Shown here: in pieces, positions 26,423-36,027 of the stretch
How positions within the stretch are numbered: position 1 is the first letter of the stretch
Layout of the letters: each line of letters begins with the position of its first letter
Source: Eubacteriales bacterium
GTDB taxonomy: Bacteria > Bacillota > Clostridia > Oscillospirales > CAG-272
Direction: 5' to 3'
Length of the DNA stretch: 64,000 nucleotides
Assembly: GCA_045635225.1 (NCBI GenBank)
Contig: JAZRBV010000073.1
Coordinates: forward strand, 13,864 to 77,863
Made by a program: the position numbers and the translations under genes
The notes under the pieces: generated by a model
The model's database searches: none
What the model was told of the DNA's origin: nothing
Seen by the model: only the letters and a program-made list of their open reading frames with translations

Positions 26423-28954
26423 TTAACTGTGCTTTATTACGAGCGTATCCTTCACCGACTGACGTGTCGCAAATTTTATGCGTTCACCATTCGTCGTAAA
26501 GTCGCATTTTTTACCGTCAACCTCGACGGAATTTAACACGCCCCCCACCTTAACGCCGATTTCCGAGAGCGCAAGCGGCTTTCCGAGTATCCTCAGCACC
26601 GTCTCGCCGTTACCGAATTTTACAGTGCCCCAGCTATCTGCGATACTGAACATAAATTGCGATTCACCCTCGACGAGCGGATAGAATCCTACGTATCCTC
26701 TCGTCATATCGAACTCGAATCCCGAGTAGATATTCAAGAGGGCAAATGACGCCATAGAGCGCGCATAGTTGCTTCCGCATTCTATCTCGTTGTAAGGGTT
26801 TCTGTTTTTGCCGTTATATCTTCCGCGCACGGCATTTATCATATTGACACCGTGTGCCTCCTTGCCCTCCGCGATCATAAGTCCGGCGAGTGCATACTCA
26901 AAGCCGGTCATACATTCCTCACAGTATGGTATCGGTATTGCGGGCACATGTGCTCCCTCAGGATAGGTGCATATCACCGTTCCCGACTCGCCGTTGAGTG
27001 CAAAATTGCGCCACATATTTGTGACCTCGCGCATCGATGGCTTGAAGTTGTTGCGGTACAGCGTATCGAGTGCCGTGTCTTTTTTGTCCTTATCAAATAT
27101 TCCGTCGAGTCCTATGAGATGCGCGTGCCAATCTGCAAGCATCTGATCTATTATGCATCCCTCGCCGATCTGGTACTTTATCTCACCCGTTTCCTCGTTC
27201 CAGTAGCTCTCCCCGTTATATCTTGCGAGCATTTCACGATCCGTGAGGTCGATCCTCTGTATGAAGTGCTCGCCTCCCCAGAGGTTTTCGTTTACCCACT
27301 CGCGACCGCTTCGGTAGATACGTCGGTATTCCTCGGCGCGCACCGCATCACCCACTGCATTTGCAATCCTTGCACCGCAATCGAGTGCAAGTAGGTAGAA
27401 TCCCTCAAGCCACGATGACGGTCCGTACAGCTCCATATCCAGCGTGTGATGCTGACGTCCCTCGAGCACACCGTCGCGATTTCTGTCCCACGCATCGGGA
27501 TTGTCCTCGCTCCATGCATAGTCGAGCATCAGAAATATCGCATCGGCATGTCTCGTAAGCCACTCGGTATCACCCGATATTTTCCACTCTCGGTAGCACT
27601 TGATCACCTCTCCCATCTGCCCGTCGACACAGGCACGGAAATCGTGACATTTTCTGCCGAGTGGCAACCGTATGCGAAATGCGGTTCTTCCGTCCGGGAA
27701 GAGTGCGTATTTTATGTTGTTCTCACGCATCGTGCGTTCGAGGTCGGGGAACAGGAAGGGCAGAGCATAAGCGTAGTTCCATACGTGCTGACAGCTACCC
27801 TCGCAGGATCCCTCCTTCTCGCATACACCCTCCCATGCCCAAAACGAGCCGTCCTCGTATCTGAGGACAGTCGCCGACTTCAGCACCGAGAGGTTTGCCG
27901 TCAAGGCATCGATAGCAACCTCGGGCAGACTGCTCCTACTCATAGCGTTTGCAAAAGTCTCCGATTCTATTTTCAGACGATCACAGTTTTTGAGCGTGTA
28001 CGTTGCCGATTCGACCGAGGTTGCAAAACGCGTAGCGTAATGATTTTTCCAGGTTATATCCCTGCCGTCCTCGTCTTTGTATGGCATCCAGTAGTTGTAT
28101 TGCATGGGCGTGCTCCACGCCATAACGAAGCGCACTCGTCTCGACTCCGTGGGAGCGATTGTCATATATGCCGCTACTGTAGAGTGGTCTTCGACGCCGC
28201 ACGTGTCGTATTTTCTTTCCGGAAGACGATCTAGCTCGGAGAGATTTTTCCAATACGTAGTAACGCCGTCCTGCCACGAGCCTCGGTACCAGTACTCCTC
28301 GACAGACGCGTCGGATGCATCCGTGAGGACGGTCATGTCAGAATATCCGACGTCCTCTCGCGTAAGCTCTCCGTGTGTCATATATACGCCATTACGGTCT
28401 TCATCCTTGACGGTGCGATTGACACTTTTCTTATTTGGATTTTTCACAGTGAAGGCGAGAGTGTATCTCACCTCTTTATCCGTATTATTCGTTATTTCCC
28501 ACTCGAATACTGCCACGGGCAGGGAGGAGTCATACTCGTTTTGCGGTATCATCGGATTGAATGACGTGAGCTTGATTTCGGCAGGGAAGTCGGGTTCGCA
28601 AAAGCGAATGTCCGCAAGAGGAAATCTTCCCTCGAAGCACACGTCGCGAAAATGCGGGAATCCCGCCATACTCTTACTCGGTACACCGAATCCGTAGCCG
28701 CAGAAGCCGGGCGTGTTTTCGTATTCGCCCGAGAGATTTTCCGTAGTGTCGCCGTGCAAAACCCGTACGGCAGATCTGCCGTCGCATTCCGCCTTGATCG
28801 CAAAATGCGTATATCCGTTTTTTGAGTTCTTGTTAGGTCTTCCGAATATCTCGAAATCCCGAAGCTCGCCGTTGCCGGACAGACCGATACAGCCGGTGCC
28901 TATTCCACCAAGCGGAAAGACTACGTTTTTAAGCTTGTCATCGCAGTATTTCAT
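26423..28954 (-). CDS. GH116 family beta-glucosidase / glucosylceramidase-like
   Basis: The N-terminus FPLGGIGTGCIGLSGNGELRDFEIFGRPNK is typical of the GH116 N-terminal domain. 843 aa, no signal peptide. Confidence 0.8.
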   Translation of the reverse strand: MKYCDDKLKNVVFPLGGIGTGCIGLSGNGELRDFEIFGRPNKNSKNGYTHFAIKAECDGRSAVRVLHGDTTENLSGEYENTPGFCGYGFGVPSKSMAGFPHFRDVCFEGRFPLADIRFCEPDFPAEIKLTSFNPMIPQNEYDSSLPVAVFEWEITNNTDKEVRYTLAFTVKNPNKKSVNRTVKDEDRNGVYMTHGELTREDVGYSDMTVLTDASDASVEEYWYRGSWQDGVTTYWKNLSELDRLPERKYDTCGVEDHSTVAAYMTIAPTESRRVRFVMAWSTPMQYNYWMPYKDEDGRDITWKNHYATRFATSVESATYTLKNCDRLKIESETFANAMSRSSLPEVAIDALTANLSVLKSATVLRYEDGSFWAWEGVCEKEGSCEGSCQHVWNYAYALPFLFPDLERTMRENNIKYALFPDGRTAFRIRLPLGRKCHDFRACVDGQMGEVIKCYREWKISGDTEWLTRHADAIFLMLDYAWSEDNPDAWDRNRDGVLEGRQHHTLDMELYGPSSWLEGFYLLALDCGARIANAVGDAVRAEEYRRIYRSGREWVNENLWGGEHFIQRIDLTDREMLARYNGESYWNEETGEIKYQIGEGCIIDQMLADWHAHLIGLDGIFDKDKKDTALDTLYRNNFKPSMREVTNMWRNFALNGESGTVICTYPEGAHVPAIPIPYCEECMTGFEYALAGLMIAEGKEAHGVNMINAVRGRYNGKNRNPYNEIECGSNYARSMASFALLNIYSGFEFDMTRGYVGFYPLVEGESQFMFSIADSWGTVKFGNGETVLRILGKPLALSEIGVKVGGVLNSVEVDGKKCDFTTNGERIKFATRQSVKDTLVIKHS

Positions 28955-28957
28955 AGC

Positions 28958-30202
28958 TTACTCCCTATCGGTATTTTTTTTTGAGACTCTCCACATATAT
29001 GAGTAGACAAATATCGCCGCGATAGAAACGAGTGCTCCCACAAGCATTCCTGCCTTTATACCTACCTGGTCGGTGGTGAGTGAGGTTGCCTCCGCGATCC
29101 TGACACCTATCTCCGACGCCGCAACCTTGTCTGTGATGATACCCACGAGCTGCGGTCCGACCGATGCACCGAGGTCTCCGCCCGATGCCATCATGGCATA
29201 GATGAACACACCCGACGTCGGGAATTTTTCCGCACCCACGATGAGAGAGCCCGGCCACATCATAGATACGCAGAGACCGGTCACCGCACACGCGATAAGA
29301 CCTATCACAGCCGATCCGGAAAACACCGCAGTAAGATAACAAACCGACGCACCGATCGCGCCGAATGTCAGTACCCGTGTCACGTTTTTGCCGTATTTCG
29401 CATATGTAGAGCGGCCGAGGCCGAGCATTACGGAGAAGAGCGCAACGCCGAACACGTCACCCCACACCTTCTCTATTCCGAGAGCCTCCTCGATGTAGCT
29501 TGAGCACCACTGTGCCATAGTACACTCCGCCGCACCGCCGAGAAATATTGCAACGAGACACAGCCAGAGCGCGCGGTTCTTTAAGTATGTTAGCACGCCG
29601 CTTGCACGCTCGGGCTTTTCAAGCTCGGGTAGGGTAGAAGTAGCGTAGAGTACGGAGGCCGTGAGCGGTATCACGGTGAAGATAAGCGAGAGCACCCACC
29701 ATGCCTTGCCGCCTACGAACATTATAAAGAGCGTAGTGAATATAACGGTGCCGACGACTCCCCAGGCGTATATGGAGTGAAGCTTGCTCATCTCTCTCTC
29801 GGGGTTATCTGCGGGAATTGTAGCAATAACGGGACTGATCAGCACCTCTGCAAAACCGCCCGAAGCCGAGAATATTACCGTACCTATAACGAGTCCGAGG
29901 TACACGTTATTCGGGAAAATGAACGGTGCCGCCGAGAATAAGAGCAGACCTATGACCGATAACACCGGCGTCATCTTTACCGCGAGCGGAATATTGAATT
30001 TATGTGAGCAGAATGAAAATACAAGATCAACCGTCAGCTGCGTCACGAAATTAACCAACACGAGGAGACCGAGAAGCGAGAAGGATATCTCATACAGGTC
30101 TCTGAACGTGAGGAAAAGCAGGGGTGAAAGATTGCTGATGACAGACATCGCGACGTTGGTGGCATAGCACGCGTATTTAACGCGGCGGAAATTTGAGTTC
30201 AT
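28958..30202 (-). CDS. MFS transporter
   Basis: 414 aa with about 12 TM helices. It lies 3 nt upstream of the GH116 gene on the same strand. Confidence 0.8.
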   Translation of the reverse strand: MNSNFRRVKYACYATNVAMSVISNLSPLLFLTFRDLYEISFSLLGLLVLVNFVTQLTVDLVFSFCSHKFNIPLAVKMTPVLSVIGLLLFSAAPFIFPNNVYLGLVIGTVIFSASGGFAEVLISPVIATIPADNPEREMSKLHSIYAWGVVGTVIFTTLFIMFVGGKAWWVLSLIFTVIPLTASVLYATSTLPELEKPERASGVLTYLKNRALWLCLVAIFLGGAAECTMAQWCSSYIEEALGIEKVWGDVFGVALFSVMLGLGRSTYAKYGKNVTRVLTFGAIGASVCYLTAVFSGSAVIGLIACAVTGLCVSMMWPGSLIVGAEKFPTSGVFIYAMMASGGDLGASVGPQLVGIITDKVAASEIGVRIAEATSLTTDQVGIKAGMLVGALVSIAAIFVYSYMWRVSKKNTDRE

Positions 30203-30356
30203 TTGGATTTACCGATCAAGCCTTTCTTTTTTGTCAGTAGTATTTTACAATAAAGCGGCGTGTTTGTCAATATATGAGAAAAATAATATTTTTCTTGACA
30301 CGGAGATGCGTTTGTGATAAACTTTAAACGAATAAGTATTTGATAGGAGTCGCACT

Positions 30357-31637
30357 ATGTACGATAACCCGACCTACCGTATGTACAAGGATATACTGAG
30401 AGAGGAGCTTCGCGCCGCGATGGGCTGTACCGAGCCTATTGCTATCGCTTACGCCGCGTCGATCCTCCACGACCTGCTCGGTGGAATTCCGACCTCGGTG
30501 CGTGCCGGCTTCAGTGGTAATATTATCAAAAACGTAAAGAGCGTCATAGTGCCGCAGACCGGCGGCAGACACGGTATCGAGGTCGCGATAGCTTCAGGAC
30601 TCGTCTCGGGCAGATACGACAAACGCCTCGAGGTGCTGACTACTCTTACCGAGCTTGATCTTCCGCGCATCGATGTGGTGCTCAAAGACACTGATATCGA
30701 CGTGCGCGAGATATCCGGTGATTGCACCTTCGAGCTTGTGCTCGAGGGAACTCTCGGTGATCTCGACGGTGCGGTGCATATCAGCGGCGAGCATACGAAC
30801 GTTATTCTTGCACGTCGCGGCAGTGAGATAATTACAGAGAAATATCTTGAAAAACTCGACACGGGTGTCATCAAACGTCAGACTGACCGCTCGATTCTGA
30901 GTGTTAAGGGTATCATAGATTTCGCAGAGCATGCTGACATATCGGATATTCGCGAGCTCCTTCTCGGACAGATAAATATGAATATGGATATAGCGCGCGA
31001 GGGACTTCACGGCGCGTGGGGTGCATCTATCGGTAAGGTCATTCTCTCGATCGGAGACGACGTTTCACGTCGAGCGCGAGCGTATGCTGCGGCAGGCTCC
31101 GACGCGAGAATGTCGGGGTGTGAGAAGCCGGTGTGTATCATTTCGGGAAGTGGAAATCAGGGTATCACCGCCTCTGTACCGGTTGCGGTTTATGCCGAGC
31201 ACCTGAACGCGAGCGAGGACGAGCTGCTCCGAGCTCTTATCGTGTCCGACCTGATCACCGTCCATCAGAAGACGGGCATCGGCACCCTCTCAGCCTATTG
31301 CGGTGCTATCAGCGCCGGAGTCGGTGCGGGAGCAGGCATCTGCTACCTGCGCGGCGGCAGATATAGCGAGGTCGCCCACACCGTAGTGAACGCAGTCGCT
31401 ATTCTCTCGGGCACGATCTGCGACGGAGCTAAGCCCTCTTGCGCGGCGAAGATCGCTATGGCAGTTGAGGCGGGAATACTCGGCTTCGAGATGTCACGCC
31501 TCGGTGAGGAATTCCTCGGCGGTGACGGCATCGTCACAAAGGGAGTAGAGAATACCATACGCAACGTCGGCAGACTTGCACGCGACGGTATGAGCGAGAC
31601 TGACCGAGAGATAATCAAGATCATGTTGGATAATTGA
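30357..31637 (+). CDS. UPF0597 / YhaM-type L-cysteine desulfidase family protein
   Basis: EELRAAMGCTEPIAIAYAAS is the N-terminal signature of the serine-dehydratase-alpha-like UPF0597 family. 426 aa. Confidence 0.78.
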   Translation: MYDNPTYRMYKDILREELRAAMGCTEPIAIAYAASILHDLLGGIPTSVRAGFSGNIIKNVKSVIVPQTGGRHGIEVAIASGLVSGRYDKRLEVLTTLTELDLPRIDVVLKDTDIDVREISGDCTFELVLEGTLGDLDGAVHISGEHTNVILARRGSEIITEKYLEKLDTGVIKRQTDRSILSVKGIIDFAEHADISDIRELLLGQINMNMDIAREGLHGAWGASIGKVILSIGDDVSRRARAYAAAGSDARMSGCEKPVCIISGSGNQGITASVPVAVYAEHLNASEDELLRALIVSDLITVHQKTGIGTLSAYCGAISAGVGAGAGICYLRGGRYSEVAHTVVNAVAILSGTICDGAKPSCAAKIAMAVEAGILGFEMSRLGEEFLGGDGIVTKGVENTIRNVGRLARDGMSETDREIIKIMLDN

Positions 31638-31657
31638 CTTATGAAAGGATAAGTCTC

Positions 31658-32989
31658 ATGAAAGAATTAACCGTAAATTTCGACAAAAGACTTGGCAAAG
31701 TGAAGGTGATGAACGCCGTCAACAACGGCCCTGCCGGCAGTAAGGTGCGCGGCACCGGCAACATCGCTGCGTACGAAGCGCTTAAGATCCCGTATGCGAG
31801 AAATCATGATGCCTCCTTCTATTCACCCTACGGCGGTGAACATACGGTTGACGTACACCGTATCTTCAAGAATTTCGATGCCGACGAGAATGATCCTACG
31901 AGCTACGTTTTCGGCCCTACTGACTCTTACGTTTCCGCTACCTTTAATGTCGGTACCGAGGTGTTCTACCGCCTCGGCGCATCTATCGAGCACGGCTACA
32001 AATACGGTACCTATCCGCCAAAGGATTTCGCAAAATGGGCACGCATCTGCGAGCATATAATCCGCCACTATACAGAGGGCTGGGCGGATGGCTATAGCTA
32101 CGATATCGAGTATTGGGAGATATGGAACGAGCCGGATTGTAGAAATGCCGACGGCTCCAATCCCTGCTGGCAGGGAACGGATGACGAGTTCATCGATTTC
32201 TACGAGGTTGTGGCTAAATATCTGAAATCCACTTTCCCGCATCTTAAAATAGGTGGACCCGCATTCTGCTCCTCGTGGAGAAACGACTTCAGAATGGCTT
32301 TTCTACGCGCGGTGAAGGAGCGTAATATTCCTCTCGATTTTTACTCATTCCACGGCTATTTGAAGGACCCGTGTGAAGTTTTTGGGCTCTCGCGCGAGGC
32401 TGTCGCGAGCTTTTCGGAGCTTGGTATACCCACTCCGGAGCTTGTCTACAACGAGTGGAATTACGTCCGCGCCTGGAGCGGTGAGATGTATAAATATTCT
32501 CGCAGGATGAGCAAGCTCACTAAGGGCGCATCCTTGATCGCGGGTGTTATGTGTACGGGTCAGAAGAGCGATATCGATATGCTTATGTATTACGACGCGC
32601 GTCCGGGCGCTTGGTGCGGCATCTTCAATACCGACACACTCGATCCCCTGAAGCCGTATTATTCCTTCGCCTTCTTCAGAGATGTTCGCGAGCTCGGCAC
32701 GTCGGTCGAGACCGTCGATCCCGATGCGATCTATTCGGTGGCATCTGCAGACGATACCGACGGCGCACTTATGCTGACCTATTTTAACGATGACGACAAT
32801 GCACCGGCGGAGAGGGTGAAAATATCGGTAAATGGCAGAAAGGGTACTACCCGTGTCGAGTTTTATCAGCTTGACGATGCTCACGACGGCGAGCTCGTGC
32901 GCGAGGAGATCTTCTCATCCGATAGCTTTAATATCTATCTTGATATGAAGCTCTATGATACCTATCTCTTGAAATTCGTAACAGAATAA
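31658..32989 (+). CDS. Clan GH-A glycoside hydrolase (GH39-like)
   Basis: YWEIWNEPD is the acid/base motif region. No signal peptide. Start at ATG 31658 (RBS aaagga). Confidence 0.6.
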   Translation: MKELTVNFDKRLGKVKVMNAVNNGPAGSKVRGTGNIAAYEALKIPYARNHDASFYSPYGGEHTVDVHRIFKNFDADENDPTSYVFGPTDSYVSATFNVGTEVFYRLGASIEHGYKYGTYPPKDFAKWARICEHIIRHYTEGWADGYSYDIEYWEIWNEPDCRNADGSNPCWQGTDDEFIDFYEVVAKYLKSTFPHLKIGGPAFCSSWRNDFRMAFLRAVKERNIPLDFYSFHGYLKDPCEVFGLSREAVASFSELGIPTPELVYNEWNYVRAWSGEMYKYSRRMSKLTKGASLIAGVMCTGQKSDIDMLMYYDARPGAWCGIFNTDTLDPLKPYYSFAFFRDVRELGTSVETVDPDAIYSVASADDTDGALMLTYFNDDDNAPAERVKISVNGRKGTTRVEFYQLDDAHDGELVREEIFSSDSFNIYLDMKLYDTYLLKFVTE

Positions 32990-32998
32990 TAACAAAAT

Positions 32999-33042
32999 AA
33001 CAACGGCGGAGCGCCGTAGTAATACGGTGCTCCGCCGTTGTT
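32999..33042. terminator. Bidirectional 14-bp hairpin terminator
   Basis: aacaacggcggagc / gctccgccgttgtt, between the GH39-like gene (+) and the 144-aa ORF (-). Confidence 0.8.
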
Positions 33043-33046
33043 ATAT

Positions 33047-33481
33047 TTAGTTGTGCGGTTCACCGACCTCCCACTCGGAGGGGATGATAGCAATGATATC
33101 GTCGCCCTGATTGTTGGTGACGGATTGTACGATTGAATGACCTGCCATCGTCGTACTCTTCTCCCACACGCCGTTTATCTCGTGATATACCTGCTTGTAT
33201 ACGAGTATGGTCGTAGTGCCGGGCGTTGCACCCTCGAGATCTGCAAGTCTCCACATATAAAGATGGTATTCCATATCGGTCACGTACTCGAAGACGAAAT
33301 CAAGGTTATGAGTGTTTCTCGCTTCGCTTGCGAAGTGCTTTATGTGACCGCCCTTGAGATTATCCGAGCTGTAGATGATTCCCTCAACCACGCCGTTATC
33401 GTCAGCTGCGGTGATATTGTCGGGGATAACGTTACCCTTATGCGGATCGTTCAGTCCGTACCCACCGCGGATATCCGACAT
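33047..33481 (-). CDS. Hypothetical soluble protein (144 aa), last gene of the rSAM operon
   Basis: Clean ORF with a weak RBS (tgagg). No TM segment and no recognisable motif. Confidence 0.6.
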   Translation of the reverse strand: MSDIRGGYGLNDPHKGNVIPDNITAADDNGVVEGIIYSSDNLKGGHIKHFASEARNTHNLDFVFEYVTDMEYHLYMWRLADLEGATPGTTTILVYKQVYHEINGVWEKSTTMAGHSIVQSVTNNQGDDIIAIIPSEWEVGEPHN

Positions 33482-33544
33482 CGCTGCCTCAATAAGTGCT
33501 ACAAAATCCTCACCGGCGACTACCTGGATATGAGACTTTTGCGT

Positions 33545-34654
33545 TTAGTGGCTACCCGTGTCGAGCTTTTCGCCCTTTTCCAGCTGCTTTACATCTACGC
33601 CGTCCTTTTGGCTACAGCCGGCACGTCCACCGCCAGCACACGCACATGCACACGCACAGGCACAGGAGTGACCGCCCATACCTCCGCGTCCGATGCCTGC
33701 ACCTAAGCTTTGGTTAGCACTCGCCGCGAGCATAGCCGCGCGATAGGCGGGGTTGACCGCGCCGTATGCGTGTATCGGATGGCCGTGTTCTCTGATAAAT
33801 CCGCGACCTCTGCCGTAGGATACAAAGCTATCGATTATATACACCTCACCGATACCGACGAGGATTATTATGAGTGCGGCAACCACCCAGACGACATACT
33901 TGTCACCATCAAGCGAGTTATATGCACCGTCGCCGTCGAACGGCTCGTATCCGACCGTTCTGACTTCGCTATTGAACACGCGGTTATTATACTCAACGCG
34001 CAGAGAAAGGTAATCGCCCAGCCCGAGCGAGCCCTCCCACACGTATCTGTCCTCAACAAGCTCCGGATCACCGCCAATATAGGTTATGTCGCCGTCATAT
34101 TCCCAACTGAATCTGTAGTGCTCGACCGGTATTTCGTTGAACCAACCGGGCACGAACTCATAAAAATATCCGTCGCCACCGTCCACGAGCATCTCTCTCT
34201 GCTCAACGGCGAACTTAAATCTTACAGTTTCGCCTGCAAGGTACGATTCCTCGAAGTAGAGCCTTGCCGAAACGTAGTCCTCGTCGGTGTATATCTCAGC
34301 ACCTGCAACATTATCGGACAGCGAGTCTGTAAGAAGCGTGCAGTGTTCGTTTGAAAGTCCGATATCTACCCATTCGAGCGGCTCACTTTCAGATAGCGCA
34401 CGCCACAGTATATCATACTCGATGAGCATATATCCGCTCGTCTCGTCGATATCCACGGTTACGTTGTATTCTTCGATCGTGTCGATTGGCTTCGGCTCGT
34501 AGAGCGATGCAAGCACTACGCCTGTGATCTGTATTGCCAATAGCAGAATGAGCAGAGCAATATTTTTCTTTGGCAGAACTCTGCGTTTTTTCACTATCTC
34601 GGGAGAGTAGTTGTTGGTATCATGGTTAACTTTTTTCTTCTTTTTGTCAGCCAT
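33545..34654 (-). CDS. Two-TM membrane protein (DUF2207-like topology) with Gly-rich cytoplasmic tail carrying S-(C-A)5-GGGRAGCS
   Basis: K-rich N-terminus, TM1 (aa ~33-52), a ~230-aa acidic beta-rich domain, TM2 (aa ~255-275), then the tail ...GRGGMGGHSCACACACACAGGGRAGCSQKD. Its ATG overlaps the upstream rSAM stop (ATGGCTGA). Confidence 0.75.
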   Translation of the reverse strand: MADKKKKKVNHDTNNYSPEIVKKRRVLPKKNIALLILLLAIQITGVVLASLYEPKPIDTIEEYNVTVDIDETSGYMLIEYDILWRALSESEPLEWVDIGLSNEHCTLLTDSLSDNVAGAEIYTDEDYVSARLYFEESYLAGETVRFKFAVEQREMLVDGGDGYFYEFVPGWFNEIPVEHYRFSWEYDGDITYIGGDPELVEDRYVWEGSLGLGDYLSLRVEYNNRVFNSEVRTVGYEPFDGDGAYNSLDGDKYVVWVVAALIIILVGIGEVYIIDSFVSYGRGRGFIREHGHPIHAYGAVNPAYRAAMLAASANQSLGAGIGRGGMGGHSCACACACACAGGGRAGCSQKDGVDVKQLEKGEKLDTGSH

Positions 34655-36026
34655 TGCCGTTACCTCCTCGGCGGCGGAAAGGACACTCCTCCGACTCTTT
34701 TTCGGTCATCGAGCGCAGCTCGCGCGAGAGTGGGGAGGACCATATATCCTTAAAATCGTCGGTCAGCAAATTCCCGAGTGTCGCATCTTCTCCGAGCCAG
34801 CTCTGGCATGGAACTGCATCACCGTTCGGTGCTATTGCCATGTTGGAGAGGCACGCGCCGCACGCCGGCACCTTCATACCCAGACTCTCGAGCACCTCGC
34901 GTCCTACAAGTCCCGGGGAGGTGAAGTCGATCTCCATACCGACACCGTCACAGTATTCCTTAGCATCGCGTAGTATCGCCTCGAGCTCGCAACGTGAGAT
35001 GTCGTACCTTTCTGCACGACCGTCGAGCTTTCCGGTTGCGATCAGACCGCTCACCGTCACGAACCTTACTCCGAGAGAATGAATAAACTCAAGGGTCCTT
35101 ACGTAGTCCGAGTTTGCCCCGCACAGCGGTGTGTTTACGCTTACGTCCAGTCCTGCCGCTACTGCGCTTTCAATGCCGCTTACCGTATCGGAAAAGTGCT
35201 CCGCACCAACGAGCGCGTTGTGTGTTTGCTCGTCCTGTGAATAAAGCGTCACCTGTATACTGTCGAGCCCCGCCTCGCGCAGTTTCGCTGCAAGCTTGGG
35301 GGTAAGTAAAACTCCGTTTGTGTTCACACGCGTGACGAATCGACTTGCATACGCTACAAGCTCCGCGAGATCCTCGCGCATTGTCGGCTCTCCGCCCGTG
35401 AATGTCACCATAGGCACGCCGGCATGCCATAGCTTGTCGATTATTCTCTTCCACTCTGCCGTGGATAACTCAGGTGCGGAAGCTTTATTTTGTCCCGCGG
35501 CATAGCAAAATGTACACTTTTGATTACATTTCCAGCATCCTTCGCCATCTGTCATCGCGCTTATCAAGAGATCCATTCTGTGCGGCGCAACCATGCTTTT
35601 GCTGTATTCACGTATCGACATTTTTTCGATATACTCGTCCGGCAGCTCGCCTCTTGCTACCGTGAAGAGTGTGTTGAGTATTTCGTCGAGATCCCATCGG
35701 ATCTCACCGTCACTTACGGCAGGGTAGAGCCGCTTTACTCTTTTAACGGTGCTCGAATATATTGAGGCGGCATCCCCGTCGGAGATCTCGCGGCCGTGGT
35801 ATGGTGTCACCTCGTCGATAAATGCCGAGAGCAGTGTTGCCCACGACTCGCCTATCGGAAGTATATAGTAGCCGTTCAGTATCACCACGTGCGTGCGACT
35901 GCCTACGAGGCTCTTTTTAGGTGGCAAAAGATGTATTCTCACGACTCCGGGACCGTCCGGATTAAATGTGCAGTGTTTTATCTCACCTTTGCCAAAATAT
36001 GCTTTTATTCTTGTAGCTATACTCAT
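34647..36026 (-). CDS. Radical SAM / SPASM-domain enzyme with ~160-aa N-terminal extension
   Basis: CNQKCTFC (CxxxCxxC) lies at aa ~173-180 of the ORF-track protein, with GGEP downstream. The C-terminal Cys cluster is PACGACLSNMAIAPNGDAVPCQSW...ECPF. ATG 36026 (RBS agagg) is preferred over TTG 36044. Confidence 0.85.
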   Translation of the reverse strand: MSIATRIKAYFGKGEIKHCTFNPDGPGVVRIHLLPPKKSLVGSRTHVVILNGYYILPIGESWATLLSAFIDEVTPYHGREISDGDAASIYSSTVKRVKRLYPAVSDGEIRWDLDEILNTLFTVARGELPDEYIEKMSIREYSKSMVAPHRMDLLISAMTDGEGCWKCNQKCTFCYAAGQNKASAPELSTAEWKRIIDKLWHAGVPMVTFTGGEPTMREDLAELVAYASRFVTRVNTNGVLLTPKLAAKLREAGLDSIQVTLYSQDEQTHNALVGAEHFSDTVSGIESAVAAGLDVSVNTPLCGANSDYVRTLEFIHSLGVRFVTVSGLIATGKLDGRAERYDISRCELEAILRDAKEYCDGVGMEIDFTSPGLVGREVLESLGMKVPACGACLSNMAIAPNGDAVPCQSWLGEDATLGNLLTDDFKDIWSSPLSRELRSMTEKESEECPFRRRGGNGNG

Positions 36027-36027
36027 T

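Noticed and set aside
33635-33664. CA/TG-rich tract considered as a non-coding microsatellite or phase-variation switch.
   Set aside because: It is in frame within a well-supported CDS. The period is 6 nt with varied third positions, so slippage would not shift the frame. It is kept only as a possible length-polymorphic coding repeat.
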